A DNA stretch of 64,000 nt, taken from NCBI GenBank assembly GCA_965235115.1, contig OZ249438.1, positions 25,668,001-25,732,000 of the forward strand, given 5' to 3'. This document shows, piece after piece, positions 24,870 through 37,707 of this stretch (the stretch's first letter is position 1; the number at the start of each line of letters is the position of its first letter). The DNA is from Laetmonice hystrix. Taxonomy: Eukaryota. Position numbers and translations under genes: made by a program. Under the pieces are notes generated by a model. That model was not told the origin of the DNA. It was given only the letters and a program-made list of their open reading frames with translations, and made no database searches.

Positions 24870-26947
24870 CCCCCGGATCCGAAGAAATTTAATTGGCTGC
24901 AAAGGGTGGGGGCGACTCGCAGCAAAAATCTGTCGGTCCCCAGATCTTTAGTCTATCTCGCATTGTGTGCGAGAGTGTGAGCGTCAAACTTTGATTGACA
25001 TGCTTTTTGTCTCCCTGTCATGGTGTTATGTTAACCTGAGCATAAGGTATCACATCGTGGTTGTCCGTATATCATGACAGTGCCGTTTTATTGTGTTTCA
25101 TCATGTGAGTTGCCGTGCGACGTATTGCCCTGGAGTCGGGTGCTATAAATAGATGTAAGCGGTCGTAGGTTACGGTGTATGTAGGCCGGTTCGCCCGATC
25201 TACATGGCCGTGTCGCATACATCGCATCACCCACAGCCATTGTTGTGATTTTTTTCAGGAGGGTTAAACCCTTTTTTTGTACACTGGCTGTGTGTCAGTA
25301 TAATTTCAGCATTTGAGGTGGAATGGCGAAGGCGAGACGAGGATGCAAAAAGATGGTCAAAGTTGGATGATATAGGGAAAGTGTATTAGGGACCCTCAGT
25401 GGACCAGCCACTTATATAATGTCTCCATGTATAGATGTTGAAACATTATATGGATACTAAGTCGTGAATCTCAGAGCTATGTACATAGTATAATAGTAGA
25501 ATCGGGGCAGGTTCAACAATTGTTTCTTCTCTGAGAGCATAAACAGATGTGTTTGTGAAAGCAGCATGGCTTCCTCAGGTCTGGGTGACGTGCAGAGAGA
25601 GAGACCTATCTTCAGATGCGGATAAGCCTGTCTTCTTGTTATCTTGTCCTTTTTGCCGACCCTCCCTCCCCCCATTTTGTAAAAAGAGCCTTCGACATGG
25701 CCATCTTTACAAGGTGTAAAGACGCTTAAATAGCGTATTCACGGTTTAGAAAAAAAGTGGTGCTCACAACATTACTTTTACTTGGCCATCCGAAGACGTG
25801 ACTTGATAAACTTGGTGGGCTTCAGGGACATATGTCTTTTGCAGGTGTTTTTTTTCCATATTGAAGATCAAAGCTGACAATGTTAATATAGTTTCTTGTC
25901 CGTGATTCCCAATTCATGGTGTTCATAGTTAATTGGTTCAATCAAATTTCTCAAGAAGCAACGCTTTAAAAGAAAGCCTTATTGAAAAGAAAATTTCGAT
26001 TCCTGACTTAATGCATGACGTACACTTTTTGCCTTACTTCAAGTTGAAGTAACTTCGGAGGAAGGTTTTTGCTGTACCTAGAAACTATACTGGCCGTACT
26101 CGTAGTCGTGAACAGTTTGTGAGTCTATATCTCAGCCTCTTTCCATGACCCCAATACACGGTGTGATATCACGGTGTGAAAAGGGGATATCTTGCCAACA
26201 CTGTGCAATACGGGTTTTTACTGCAGGTTCAGTGAATTTTTACTCCCAATACAAATACGTTCGCGGTGAGGGAATCTCAGACGTGGTGATCAATTGGATT
26301 GCAGTCGGGTGATTGTGGAGGCCAGTCATCCTTGATGATCTCAGGGTAAACTTCCGCGAGATGATTTTGTGTGACTCTGCTGGTATGGGATGTGCCCCCA
26401 TCCTGGGCATAGAGGAAGGCAGTCAGGAAGAAGGCCATCATCCAACAGTTTCATGTACTAGTGGCAGAGTTAACCTTAATTGTTTTATCAGTGTTTAAGC
26501 TTGTGGTGAGACTGCCACTATATACATTTCGGTATTGCGCTTTTGGGCACGGATATTCGTCTTTGGCGCCAGGGAGTAACAAAGCTATTGCGTTGACTCT
26601 TAATTTCATTGAATTATGATTTTTTTTTGTCGGCCCGATATATCACATCCAGTCATAATGTATTTTGACCAATTCAGCTAGGTAAAATTTAGCCCTCTGT
26701 CTCAGTTTGAGATTAAGGGGGACCGATTTCTCTACGAGAATGGCGCCAGTATGATATTCTTACGCCGTTCTCATTTGATGCAGACTGAGAACTGCACGAA
26801 AAAGATGCTTATGGAAGTGGTTTCTGTGACTGATGAATCCGCAGTGAGACAGCAAAAAGCAGGAGACGATAATGTTTGTGCCTCTCTCAGCAAGCCGGGG
26901 CCATATCAGTTGTATCATATTGTCTTGACCGGAAACTCGGTGCCGCT

Positions 26948-27090
26948 TGGGTATTTGGGGTTTTACGCCTTGCAACAGCCAGGGTCATATCACGGCGGTG
27001 AAGATGATGATGAAAGTCAGTTTTTCTTGGTGGAGGAAACCGGAGTACCCGGAGGAAACCACCGACCATCGGGAAGGAACTGACTGCCGC
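26948..27090 (-). mobile_element. Truncated SINE fragment
   Basis: Contains TTGGTGGAGGAAACCGGAGTACCCGGAGGAAACCACCGACC preceded by GGGGTTTTACGCC...ATATCACGGCGG, an arrangement I recognise from mollusc SINE bodies. No tRNA head is visible. Confidence 0.65.
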
Positions 27091-27751
27091 TAGGCAACAT
27101 TGAAGCAAGTATTCATACCAGTTGAACTTGAGCCTGGTAAATATTATCATTTGTGATTGTTGGACGACCGCAGCCTGAAGCACAAGCAGTGATACCGGTT
27201 TGATACTCACATTCGGTAACCGGAAGACCTATAATGCAATGACATTTCTTCATTGGGCGCGTTTTTTTTAATATGAAAGATAATCAAAATATAGATATCT
27301 GATTAATGTAAACACCGACTCTACTAAATCTGAGGATCCGCGATAACCTGGTAGTCTGTGGCTCTCCGCTGAGCAGTTCTTGATAGGGACATATACTAAC
27401 AAGTAACGGGAGTCTTGGTAATTAATAATATTCAACCATAGCAGGGGAGTTCCTAGTAGTCGGGCAGATTGTATTACTTCCTTGAATAAATATAACATAC
27501 TCCTTACCTGAGAAAACATCAAGAAGAATGCAAGCCATGAATGGACAAAACGGGGAGGGGGCTTCATGGTCAGTGGGGCCTTGCTGGCAAGTATCATATT
27601 ACTTTTGGAAAAATAATAACCGATTTTGTTTTATTAATTGATCTTTGAATCATGGTGGTTGTGGAAATCTGACAGGGTCAGGTTGCCGTGCACTGGCAGG
27701 GTCGGAAGCTCTTGGTTTTGATTAGTACGACAACATACATGGATAGGTTTT

Positions 27752-28951
27752 GTCCAGTCCAAACAATGTACAGGTTGGACATGTGAGTATTTGTGGTTTT
27801 ACACCGGGTCGTCCAGTTCAAACAATGTACAGGTTGGACATAGTGAGTGAGTAGTTGTGGGTTTACACAGGGTCGTCGAGTTCAGACAATGTACAGGTTG
27901 GACATAGTGAGTGAGTAGTTGTGGGTTTACACAGGGTCGTCGAGTTCAGACAATGTACAGGTTGGACAGAGTGAGTGAGTAGTTGTGGTTTTAAACCGGG
28001 TCGTCCAGTTCAGACAATGTACAGGTTGGACATAGTGAGTATTTGTGGTTTTACACCGGGTCGTCCAGTTCAAACAATGTACAGGTTGGACATAGTGAGT
28101 GAGTAGTTGTGGGTTTACACCGGGTCGTCCAGTTCAAACAATGTACAGGTTGGACATAGTGAGTGAGTAGTTGTGGGTTTACACAGAGTCGTCGAGTTCA
28201 GACAATGTACAGGTTGGACATAGTGAGTGAGTAGTTGTGGGTTTACACTGGGTCGTCCAGTTCAGACAATGTACAGGTTGGACATAGTGAGTGAGTAGTT
28301 GTGGGTTTACACAGAGTCGTCGAGTTCAGACAATGTACAGGTTGGACATAGTGAGTGAGTAGTTGTGGGTTTACACTGGGTCGTCCAGTTCAAACAATGT
28401 ACAGGTTGGACATAGTGAGTGAGTAGTTGTGGGTTTACACTGGGTCGTCCAGTTCAGACAATGTACAGGTTGGACATAGTGAGTGAGTAGTTGTGGGTTT
28501 ACACCGGGTCGTCCAGTTCAGACAATGTATAGGTTGGACATAGTGAGTGAGTAGTTGTGGGTTTACACCGGGTCGTCCAGTTCAGACAATGTACAGGTTG
28601 GACATAGTGAGTGAGTATTTGTGGTTTTACACCGGGTCGTCCAGTTCAGACAGTGTACAGGTTGGACATAGTGAGTGAGTAGTTGTGGGTTTACACCGGG
28701 TCGTCCAGTTCAAACAATGTACAGGTTGGACAAAGTGAGTGAGTAGTTGTGGGTTTACACCGGGTCGTCCAGTTCAAACAATGTACAGGTTGGACATAGT
28801 GAGTGAGTATTTGTGGTTTTACACCGGGTCGTCCAGTTCAGACAATGTACAGGTTGGAGTGGACATAGTGAGTGAGTAGTTGTGGTTTTACACCGGGTCG
28901 TCCAGTTCAGACAATGTACAGGTTGGACATAGTTAGTATTCGTGGTTTTAC
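27752..28951. repeat. Tandem array, 64-bp unit, about 19 copies
   Basis: Unit GTCCAGTTCARACAATGTACAGGTTGGACATAGTGAGTGAGTAGTTGTGGGTTTACACCGGGTC. Confidence 0.97.
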
Positions 28952-31900
28952 ATTAGGCTATCATAACAGCGTCAACCGTAGAAATTGAAGGATAACATGC
29001 AAACGCCCAGTTTGTCTTCTAATCACTGGGCACATAGTGCGGCGAGTGCAAGGCAGCTGTTTACCCCAAACAATAAGTACATGTACTTCGAAGTTAATCG
29101 CAAAGAATTAAGGTATTTCCCTCAGTAACCCTGTATGTCTATATCGCGTCATCGTTAATTAATTGCAAGTGTGGACTATACATAGTAAAGTATCAGTGAC
29201 CCTCGGCGGGACCCCAAGCCCCCATCACCCCCACCCCGGTCCAGAGATCCAGGGTATCGGGGTATAAACCCTACACACCACTTGCAGGTTGCACGTTTCT
29301 GATAAGGCCTGGATTAGGATGGTACCGGGAGCTAGACGTTTGCAGTGTTTTGGAGGTATGTAAACAATGTTTGAAAGCCGATAGGAGGACAGAGTACAGG
29401 TCTTGCCTTCCAAAACGACCGAACCTTCTCCTTTTTTTCGGCATTTTCCAAGCACAAAATCTGCGTGATTGCAACACTTCCTGCATGATCTCTTGACAGG
29501 AATATATTTATTTCAGTTAGGCCGTTTAACGATTCTAGCACATCAATAATTTCTTAATTAAAATTTTTATAAACCCGTTAAATCTGAGAGCGTACTACTA
29601 TAACAGCCCTAGTCCCAGCTACGGTAACATTCTGTCTGGGATGTGTCGGACGGGGGTTGTAGCCCAGCTCTGAGTGCCAGTCGATTATAAGAGGCACACC
29701 TTGACAAAAGGTAAAATAGTGTATTTTGTCCCATACTGCCTCATTATTCCAGTTTTAACAATGGCATATATAAGGGATGCCCTCGGTATCTTTGACCCAG
29801 TGCTTTGTTTCGCGCACGTAGGGAAACAGAACCGACAATGACGTGAGGATGAAGGAGTTTTTAGGGGCGACCTTGTAAAGTTGAGGTGCTGGATTTCGTG
29901 TTTATGACGCAGACTGTTGTAGAGGCCGAGGTAGTTTGTATTCCCGAGGTGGTTGGTGTTGACGTCGTGTGACGCGCGTGTGACGTCAACGTGACCGCCC
30001 ACGGCTCACTGCCAGCGCACCGCCACTCCGGGATAGTGTACAAAACGACCCCCAGGGGCACTGTCGTCATGGTCACGGGGTACAGATCAACGCTACAGAA
30101 CAGTTGCCAGGGAAAGACCTGAATGAACCCTGCTCTATAATGTGATATTGACTTCGCAGGATATGGCTGCTATATTAAAGTTAGGGCAAAGTGATAATGG
30201 AATAGGTTGAATGAAGTGTTCCTTGATAAAAGGTAATTATAGACAGGCAGGTACTTTATGTACATAGATGTGTGCTGCTGAGCACTATTGAATGAGTTCC
30301 AGCTTCCTCTCAGGCATGAATAAATATGCACGAGGGCCTAGGTCTACTGGTCCTGAATGTTTACAGTGGGTGCAGAAATGAAACCCAGCTGTTGGAATTA
30401 AATGCCTGAGCGCATGACATGAGGGAGAACCAAATATATTTCTTACCCACCCGCGGATTTTAGCTGATATTTTTATCTTTTATTTTTTGTATATAAATGA
30501 TCAAAGAATTTAAAAAAATCGAAACAAAATGATTCCGTAGAACCAGACCAACTTACTGTTGTTTTGCATATGGTTGAGAATCGTGTAGCCTGTTTATTAT
30601 GACACGACGATGCCATTGCTCGAGCTATGGGAGCAGTTATACCAAGATTTGTTAAGAGTCAAGAACCAGCCTAAGTTACAAAGTAAATCTGAAGAGGCAG
30701 TATTGGCAGTGTTTTTGTCGAATTCTTGCACTCAGTTCATACCTCTATACGGGAGAGCTCAGTGAGATTTGTGCTACCTAGGACATCTCCATCGATTGGA
30801 TTATGATGCCATTTTCATCAGTAAAAACAATCTATCCTCTGGCGTTATGGATGCTAATAGGTAGAATGTAAATAGCCTGATTAAGGGCCAGTTAATTAAC
30901 CTAAATTGCGTGAGCACTCAGGAGTGATTGGACAATAACCCGGGCAAATTACGTTATTTGTTCCTCTCTTGTGTAGGAAAATCATAGTTGTGGGAAACGA
31001 TGGTCTCTCATAGAAACGTTGCAATGTTTTTTTTCTGGCGTAATCTATTACTTTGGTGTACGAATTACTACTGGTAACCCGTGTAGAAGTCATCTTCACC
31101 GATCGGGAGTAAAACACTACAAGACTGACAATGACCTCCACCGGAGACAGTAATATTTGAGCAGCTTCCATCCTCCTAGTGAAATAACATTACAGCTAGC
31201 ATTATGCTGTGTTCCCGGTACCTACAGCAGTTGAGGTAAGGCCAGCGTATTGATATTTCAAACCAAAGCGGCGCGGGAACAATGTGTCCCCCCCCCCCCC
31301 CCCCACACACACACCCCTAACCCAGCATTTGAAAATGCTAATTCATATCGACATGCTTGTCCTCGTTGAACCTCGTATAGATGTAAGACGTATCGTGCGG
31401 GAAGGATGGGAGGGGGAGTGGATGTTTTACGCCCTAATGGCAAGTATTAGTCTTTATTAGGACGAGAACATTTAAGGCACTCACTTCATTTACGCTGGTG
31501 ACGGCAGTGAGCGTGATATCAGGAATAACTTGGCACCCTTTACATGCACATGACATGCATATAGACCAAGCGTTACATGGGAGGACGTGCTGGTATATAG
31601 GGCAGATTCGAACCGGCCCACATGTAAGGGTTTTTTTAAACACAGTCAGTTAAAAACGATTTCTGCTTCTTTTTAATTACGTTGATATGGTGTCGGTGGG
31701 TTTGGAACAGAGTCTGGAAACTATTTTTCCATGAAATTAATAGATGGATTGCACAAATGATTTTAGTCCTCTTTCGGTCTTTGCATCGAATGGCAAATGG
31801 ATTAATTACTCGGACAGGCCCAGAGCAAAATCTGTGACGGGCCAGATAGAATTATGTCCGTCAAGTTGCTTTCTAAAAGAACAAACAAATTATGTTGGAG

Positions 31901-34900
31901 ACAGAGTGAGAATATCGCTAATCAGTTGCTTCCAACTCATTAATACCAGAACATTTGCATAACAAGACATTTTGACATGCACGTCTGGACTCGGACATTT
32001 TGTTTTTCATGGAACATTTCCTGAGAGTGGCTGGTAGTCCTCGGTGTATTCTTCAGACCACATTACCGATGTGAACTTTTCAACTATTTGTTTACACGTT
32101 GCTTGCCAACGGATTTCACCGCTAATTTCATTTCCGTCAGTATTGGTAAGAAGAAATATCTGTTCAGTAATCAAATTCTCATTTATGCAAAGGTGTCCTT
32201 TAATTTTGTATTAATGTACGTTTAGTATTATTTCACCTTTTCAAAGGTCACGTAGACAGCAAGATAAACGTTGATAGTATGGCTATAATATAAGTATACA
32301 TTTCTCAATAGAGATGAGGAATTCAGCTCGCGGGTAGAATTGACCTGTTCCTCAGATGCCCCGCCGAATATTTTTTCTTTGAGTTAAACTCACCAGAAGG
32401 GAGGTCTAGGTTGAGTAGCAAACTCAGTGGTGTGAGAAGATAGATGGCGATGCCCATGCCTATCACTCCCCTGTCTGACATGCATGTTATTAAGTCATGC
32501 CGGTCCGGGAAATCGAACTTATAATAAACTTTGAGTCTTAGCCATCTTAAGTATACTTATAGCCTGGGGCAGCAACTTTGTGACCGAGCAGGTGATTAAT
32601 TAGGCCACTACAAAATGTTATTGCCCATACGAAATGATTGGAAACTAAGATATTAATGAGATCTCTATCTGGTCCGTCCGGGTGAATGAACTGGACTTTG
32701 GATTTTGCCAGACTTGGCGTTCATCTTCCTGACAGCCAAATCACATCAGGGAGGCAGACATCAATTTGTTATGTTCGCAGTGATTCTACCGTCGTACAAA
32801 ATAAATTAAATCTCCATCTGGTTTATAATACGTAATGAAAGTCATTTGCGAGTAATGCATTGATAAAGAGGAATTGATTCTACTGTCAACTAAACGTATC
32901 GGTCCCCATGGCCGATTCCGGTTGGAGTTCCCGACGATCGGTTTGCATGAGTTTTGTGTGGAAGGGAGCATGATTCCAGGCCCCATTCACTCAGTCTCCC
33001 AGTCCGCTGGGCTGGCATCATCCCCAGGCCCGAATCCACTCAGCTGATTGATGGGTAAACGGGCAGTATGGGATGTGTCGGCGTACACGTGCACCATCTA
33101 TCTGACCATCTCTGGTCGTACCAATCGTGCCGAAACATCGGGCCGTAGGAATACTTGGCCGGATGCGGCGTTCTTTTTTCTGATTCACAAATATGTGGCA
33201 GGTAGGATTCATAATGTAGTCAACCGAAAGGGCAGTAGATCTACGCCTTCACTGACAGAATCAGAAATTTGGCCGATTTATGGAAAATGAAACAACAATT
33301 TAGTTATTCATTAATCCAGTAGATTTCTATTAATATCCATGATAGTTCTATGCTTGGTGAAAGGAGACTTCATATTATTCGTTCCTGTACGGTATGAGGA
33401 GTGGGTTTAAATTGAAATTCTTCATATTATTTACTACGAATTCAGACTTCTGAGCCACCCTGTCAGATGAGATTGGGCAGCAGTGTTCATGGAAATAGCT
33501 CCTTTGCGACATACACTTCTGCAATATGTTTCAAGCGAAAGTGTGTCTGCCTCCTTGGAGGATTGTGCAGTGATTCTCAAGAGGCAATTTTCAGAGTGGG
33601 CTTTTAGGTTAATCCTATGGTGTGCCAGGAAGGTCGTTTGCGCCGACGTGATGGGCATACGACTTAAATAGGTCTAAGTCAGGTACTGCAGAAGCTCTGA
33701 AGAAGATCACACAATTTTCAACACACAACATCAGCTTTTTTCACACATAAGGTACTGCCGTTTAGCAAAATTAAACTAACCCACCACCCAGGCCGAACCA
33801 AAATCAATACGACACCCGTAGTACAGCGCAAATACACACTTTGAGCAGGCCCGGCATGGTCAGACATCAGTCGGAAAATCAGAATACTATCATGTGGTAT
33901 CAGATGGATGCAACGTCACCAGCATCAACGTGATCCCTCTGTGGTTTTCACTGCATATGTCTGTTAATGGCGCTACGACTCGCCATAACATACTGACCAT
34001 CGCCCAGTCTGGGGGCATGAAACGGACCGCAGTACTATCGGAAACCGTTTTGGCAGGGGTCGGGAGGGCACTGGGCTGTACCCTCCTGAATTAAGGTATG
34101 TCATGCAATCAAAGTATATCCTGACTTGTGGTTCATGACATCTGTTGTTGCACATCTCGCTGTTATTCTCGACAGAAAAATGACAACAGATCATCTGTAG
34201 CTGCAAAAGGATGTTATCTTAATTTTTTGGTAAGGTAATACCAAAAATACCGAATAATCGCATTGGGATGGTATTGCTGCAGCCCTGATGTCTACCAGGG
34301 TGTAGTAGATACACAGTTTATGAGATGCCAATATCCCCGGGCAGATTGTCCAGCAGTGGTTCATGTTTTATCAGGAGCTGACACAGCAGTGGTCGCTCTC
34401 ACGGAAATCTTCTGCCAACAAATGGCTGTTTCGTGACCCTCGGGAGCCTGATTCGAGAATTTATATAGACTGTTTCTAACTTCTAGGTCCAGAGAATGTT
34501 TCGCCCGGATCGGACTGTAGAATATTTAATGTGTTACCGTTGGTGTAAGGTATAAGGTAGTAACCATGGTAACATTGCTTTTTCTTATAAGATTGTAGTT
34601 CACTACTGGTCATTTACAGTAGACATGTCGACATTCAATATATCCATACACACAACGGGATATTAAAGATAGGATTTCTGTTTATGAGGTATTGGAACCA
34701 AAAACAAAGAAGAAAGAGGTTTTTATAATCGTCTTATCAGGTCTAGGATCAGGAAGTATACATGGTTTGCTTTGATATTGAAGCAGGCGACAAAACAGCC
34801 GTTATTGAGTATAATAGGCCTAACTGCAAGGGGTGTAGTTAGACAGGCAGAATTACCATTTGGAGGTTTGAGGAGTTTCTGGATTTGACCTATTCTCCGA

Positions 34901-37188
34901 TGTACGGTTATTGCCGTCATGATCATATAGCCCCATAGATTTGCAAATTTTAATGTGCGAATATATTAGAAACTGACGTTTTCATTAGGAGCCACGCAGA
35001 CGTGCAGGAAGCAGAGCTCTACTGACCACTTTGGGTCGTACAAAAATGCAAAAATCCAAAAGACAATCCCGGCTTTCTCCGCTCTAAGTGATTTTCTTGT
35101 ACATACACCAACTGTCATGCCGAATACTAATCCACCTGTGGGACATTGTCTCCTGGCAGCAGTATCGAAAGTGGCCGCTCAATGATGTCGTACGTTTCTC
35201 ATACTTCTTTAGAGTCGTAAAAGAGGCCAGCTTGGATACCCAAACTGATAAGAATTGAAACGCTATAGCTGCCAATGTGTACGTTTAGGTCGGTTGCCAG
35301 TGAGCAGCTGCCCGTTGCCAGACGTCCTCAAGTGATTGGCAAACGTTATTCTATTGATCAATCGCCTGGGAAGCACACCTGAGGGAAGCACACCTTTTTG
35401 TGGGACAGTTTCTAGACACGCAAGGTTCTGCACCGTTTTAGCGTGTTGATTCAGGTCGTGTGCACGTACAAGGCCTGTGAATCTGAGGGGTTCTGAAAAC
35501 AATGTTAGTAGTGCATGGTAAAGGATTTATGTCAATCTGGTTGAGCGTTACGGGAAGCCAGTTCGGCCGGGTTTCATGCTTACCTCGTCAAAATCTATGC
35601 ACTTTTTGTCACAACCGTACTTCTTAATATAGGTTTTGTAAACAGACAGCGACGAAATGCACTAGGTCGGGATCGCTCGACAGCAAGGCTGCGACTGTTA
35701 GTTCCGTTAAAGTTCCCCGGCGAAACGGCTCGAAGGCGGGGGTGGGGGAGGGGGCAGGTCCAGGAAAAGACGCGCATCTCTCCAGATTTTCTGGTTTTCA
35801 CATATTTTTTTAAATACTTGGGAAATCCAATCAGGCAAATAGACAGAGCTATATGGAACCTAATTATCATACACTATTGACGCAATGTTTTCGCCAATGT
35901 GTATGAAAATGCTGAATTAAATTATGTAAGTAAAGGGCGGGTTTAACATTTGTTTGACCTAATCCTAACAATGAAATTTTCATACCATTATTCAATCCTA
36001 ATAATGAAATTTTCATACCATGTCGGCCATATGGTGAAAAAATGTTAAAATGTATTAGACAGTTGAATTGAAGCGAGGAAAGCTCTGGATGCGGGGCTTG
36101 TTTTGCCCACGCGGTGACTGGGCAATATTAAAACTACACATGAATGCAGTCCACTGAGGGATCGCCACAGTTCATTAAACGGCAAGTTTATGTAAGTGAA
36201 AGTAAACCCCTCGCTCTAAATGAGGCATAGAAGAAAAATTAACCGTTCTGTGACTGTGAAAACATTGACCACATTCACAAATGTTACGTTGGGCTACGGT
36301 TGTTTTTACCACTACCAGTGAGTCGGTCAATGTATGGAAATCAGTGCCTCACTGTTCCGAAGCACTACAATGCATGTAGTGGGTCAGTGGCTCGCTGCGA
36401 AGTTCCATCAGCAAACAACCGACAAACTCTCGAGTTACCGGTACCAAGAAATGTCAGCAGAACCTTTTTAGACAATATGTGGGCTGTATAAGCTGCGTGT
36501 ATTGACGTATGGGTCATGACTGAAATGTCATGTTTGTGTTCCTTTCTGGCTATATGGGCGGGAAATGTGCCTCTTCCGCACGTCACACCGGTTATCATGT
36601 CTGAGGCGGGGATTCCACCACATTCATGTGACAGTTTGCCGCTCCACATCTCATTGAAAACAGCAAGAATTCATTCAAAGGAAAGATAAGAATTGATTAG
36701 ATTAGACAGACACGATATCGTAGACATTTAAGGGATTAATACAAGAATGGAAGAAACAAACTGCGTAAGTTAATAAGATTTTAACTTTAAGAAAAGGTGA
36801 AAGGCAGTGGCATGTTTGTCTCCATATTCACAAAGCAGTGCTCTGATGAAATAATTAGTGATAGATATCTGTTTTCAGTAGCCGGAAAATTCTGGCACAT
36901 TGTTTGTTGAAGGAGGAAACACCTGTAAGTCGTAAATTATTTGGAGAAACATATTCGTGTTTTGATCCTCCGAATTTTTAGGGCGTGGCAGCCTTTCTGT
37001 CATGGGGAATACAGCTAGGGCGTTTTGCTCCCTTCCTTCCCCCCCACTGTCTCTCATTTATCTTTCAATGTCTATATCTGCTCATAAATATCTCGATCTG
37101 CTGTAAGAGATTTTATTTAGATAAAAAAACATCGAAACACCGGAAGAACCGGTTTAGATACTCCCATAACGAGGTCTGAAGGCGTATG

Positions 37189-37707
37189 CCGTATGGAGTC
37201 TGGATGCAGGCTGAGGGTGACCCATGAGGCTGTGCCCACACGGAGACGTTTGCCGTATGGAGTCTGGATGCAGGCTGAGGGTGACCCATGAGGCTGTGCT
37301 CACACAGAGACGTTTGCCGTATGGAGTCTGGATGCAGGCTGAGGGTGACCCATGAGGCTGTGCCCACACGGAGACGTTTGCCGTATGGAGTCTGGATGCA
37401 GGCTGAGGGTGACCCATGAGGCTGTGCCCACACGGAGACGTTTGCCGTATGGAGTCTGGATGCAGGCTGAGGGTGACCCATGAGGCTGTGCCCACACAGA
37501 GACGTTTGCCGTATGGAGTCTGGATGCAGGCTGAGGGTGACCCATGAGGCTGTGCTCACACAGAGACGTTTGCCGTATGGAGTTTGGATGCAGGCTGGGG
37601 GTGACCCGTGAGGCTGTGCTCACACAGAGACGTTTGCCGTATGGAGTCTGGATGCAGGCTGAGGGTGACCCGTGAGGCTGTGGTCACACAGAAACGTTTG
37701 CCGTATG
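37189..37707. repeat. Tandem array, 64-bp unit, about 8 copies
   Basis: Unit CCGTATGGAGTCTGGATGCAGGCTGAGGGTGACCCATGAGGCTGTGCCCACACGGAGACGTTTG. Confidence 0.97.

Noticed and set aside
35263-35502. FANHLR resembling a Crypton/tyrosine-recombinase NHSLR motif; likewise MHSFR at about 49940
   Set aside because: Only 4-5 residues match and the downstream catalytic H/Y context is absent.
27752-37707. Two arrays sharing a 64-bp period as one system
   Set aside because: No sequence similarity between the units; equal length is probably coincidence.
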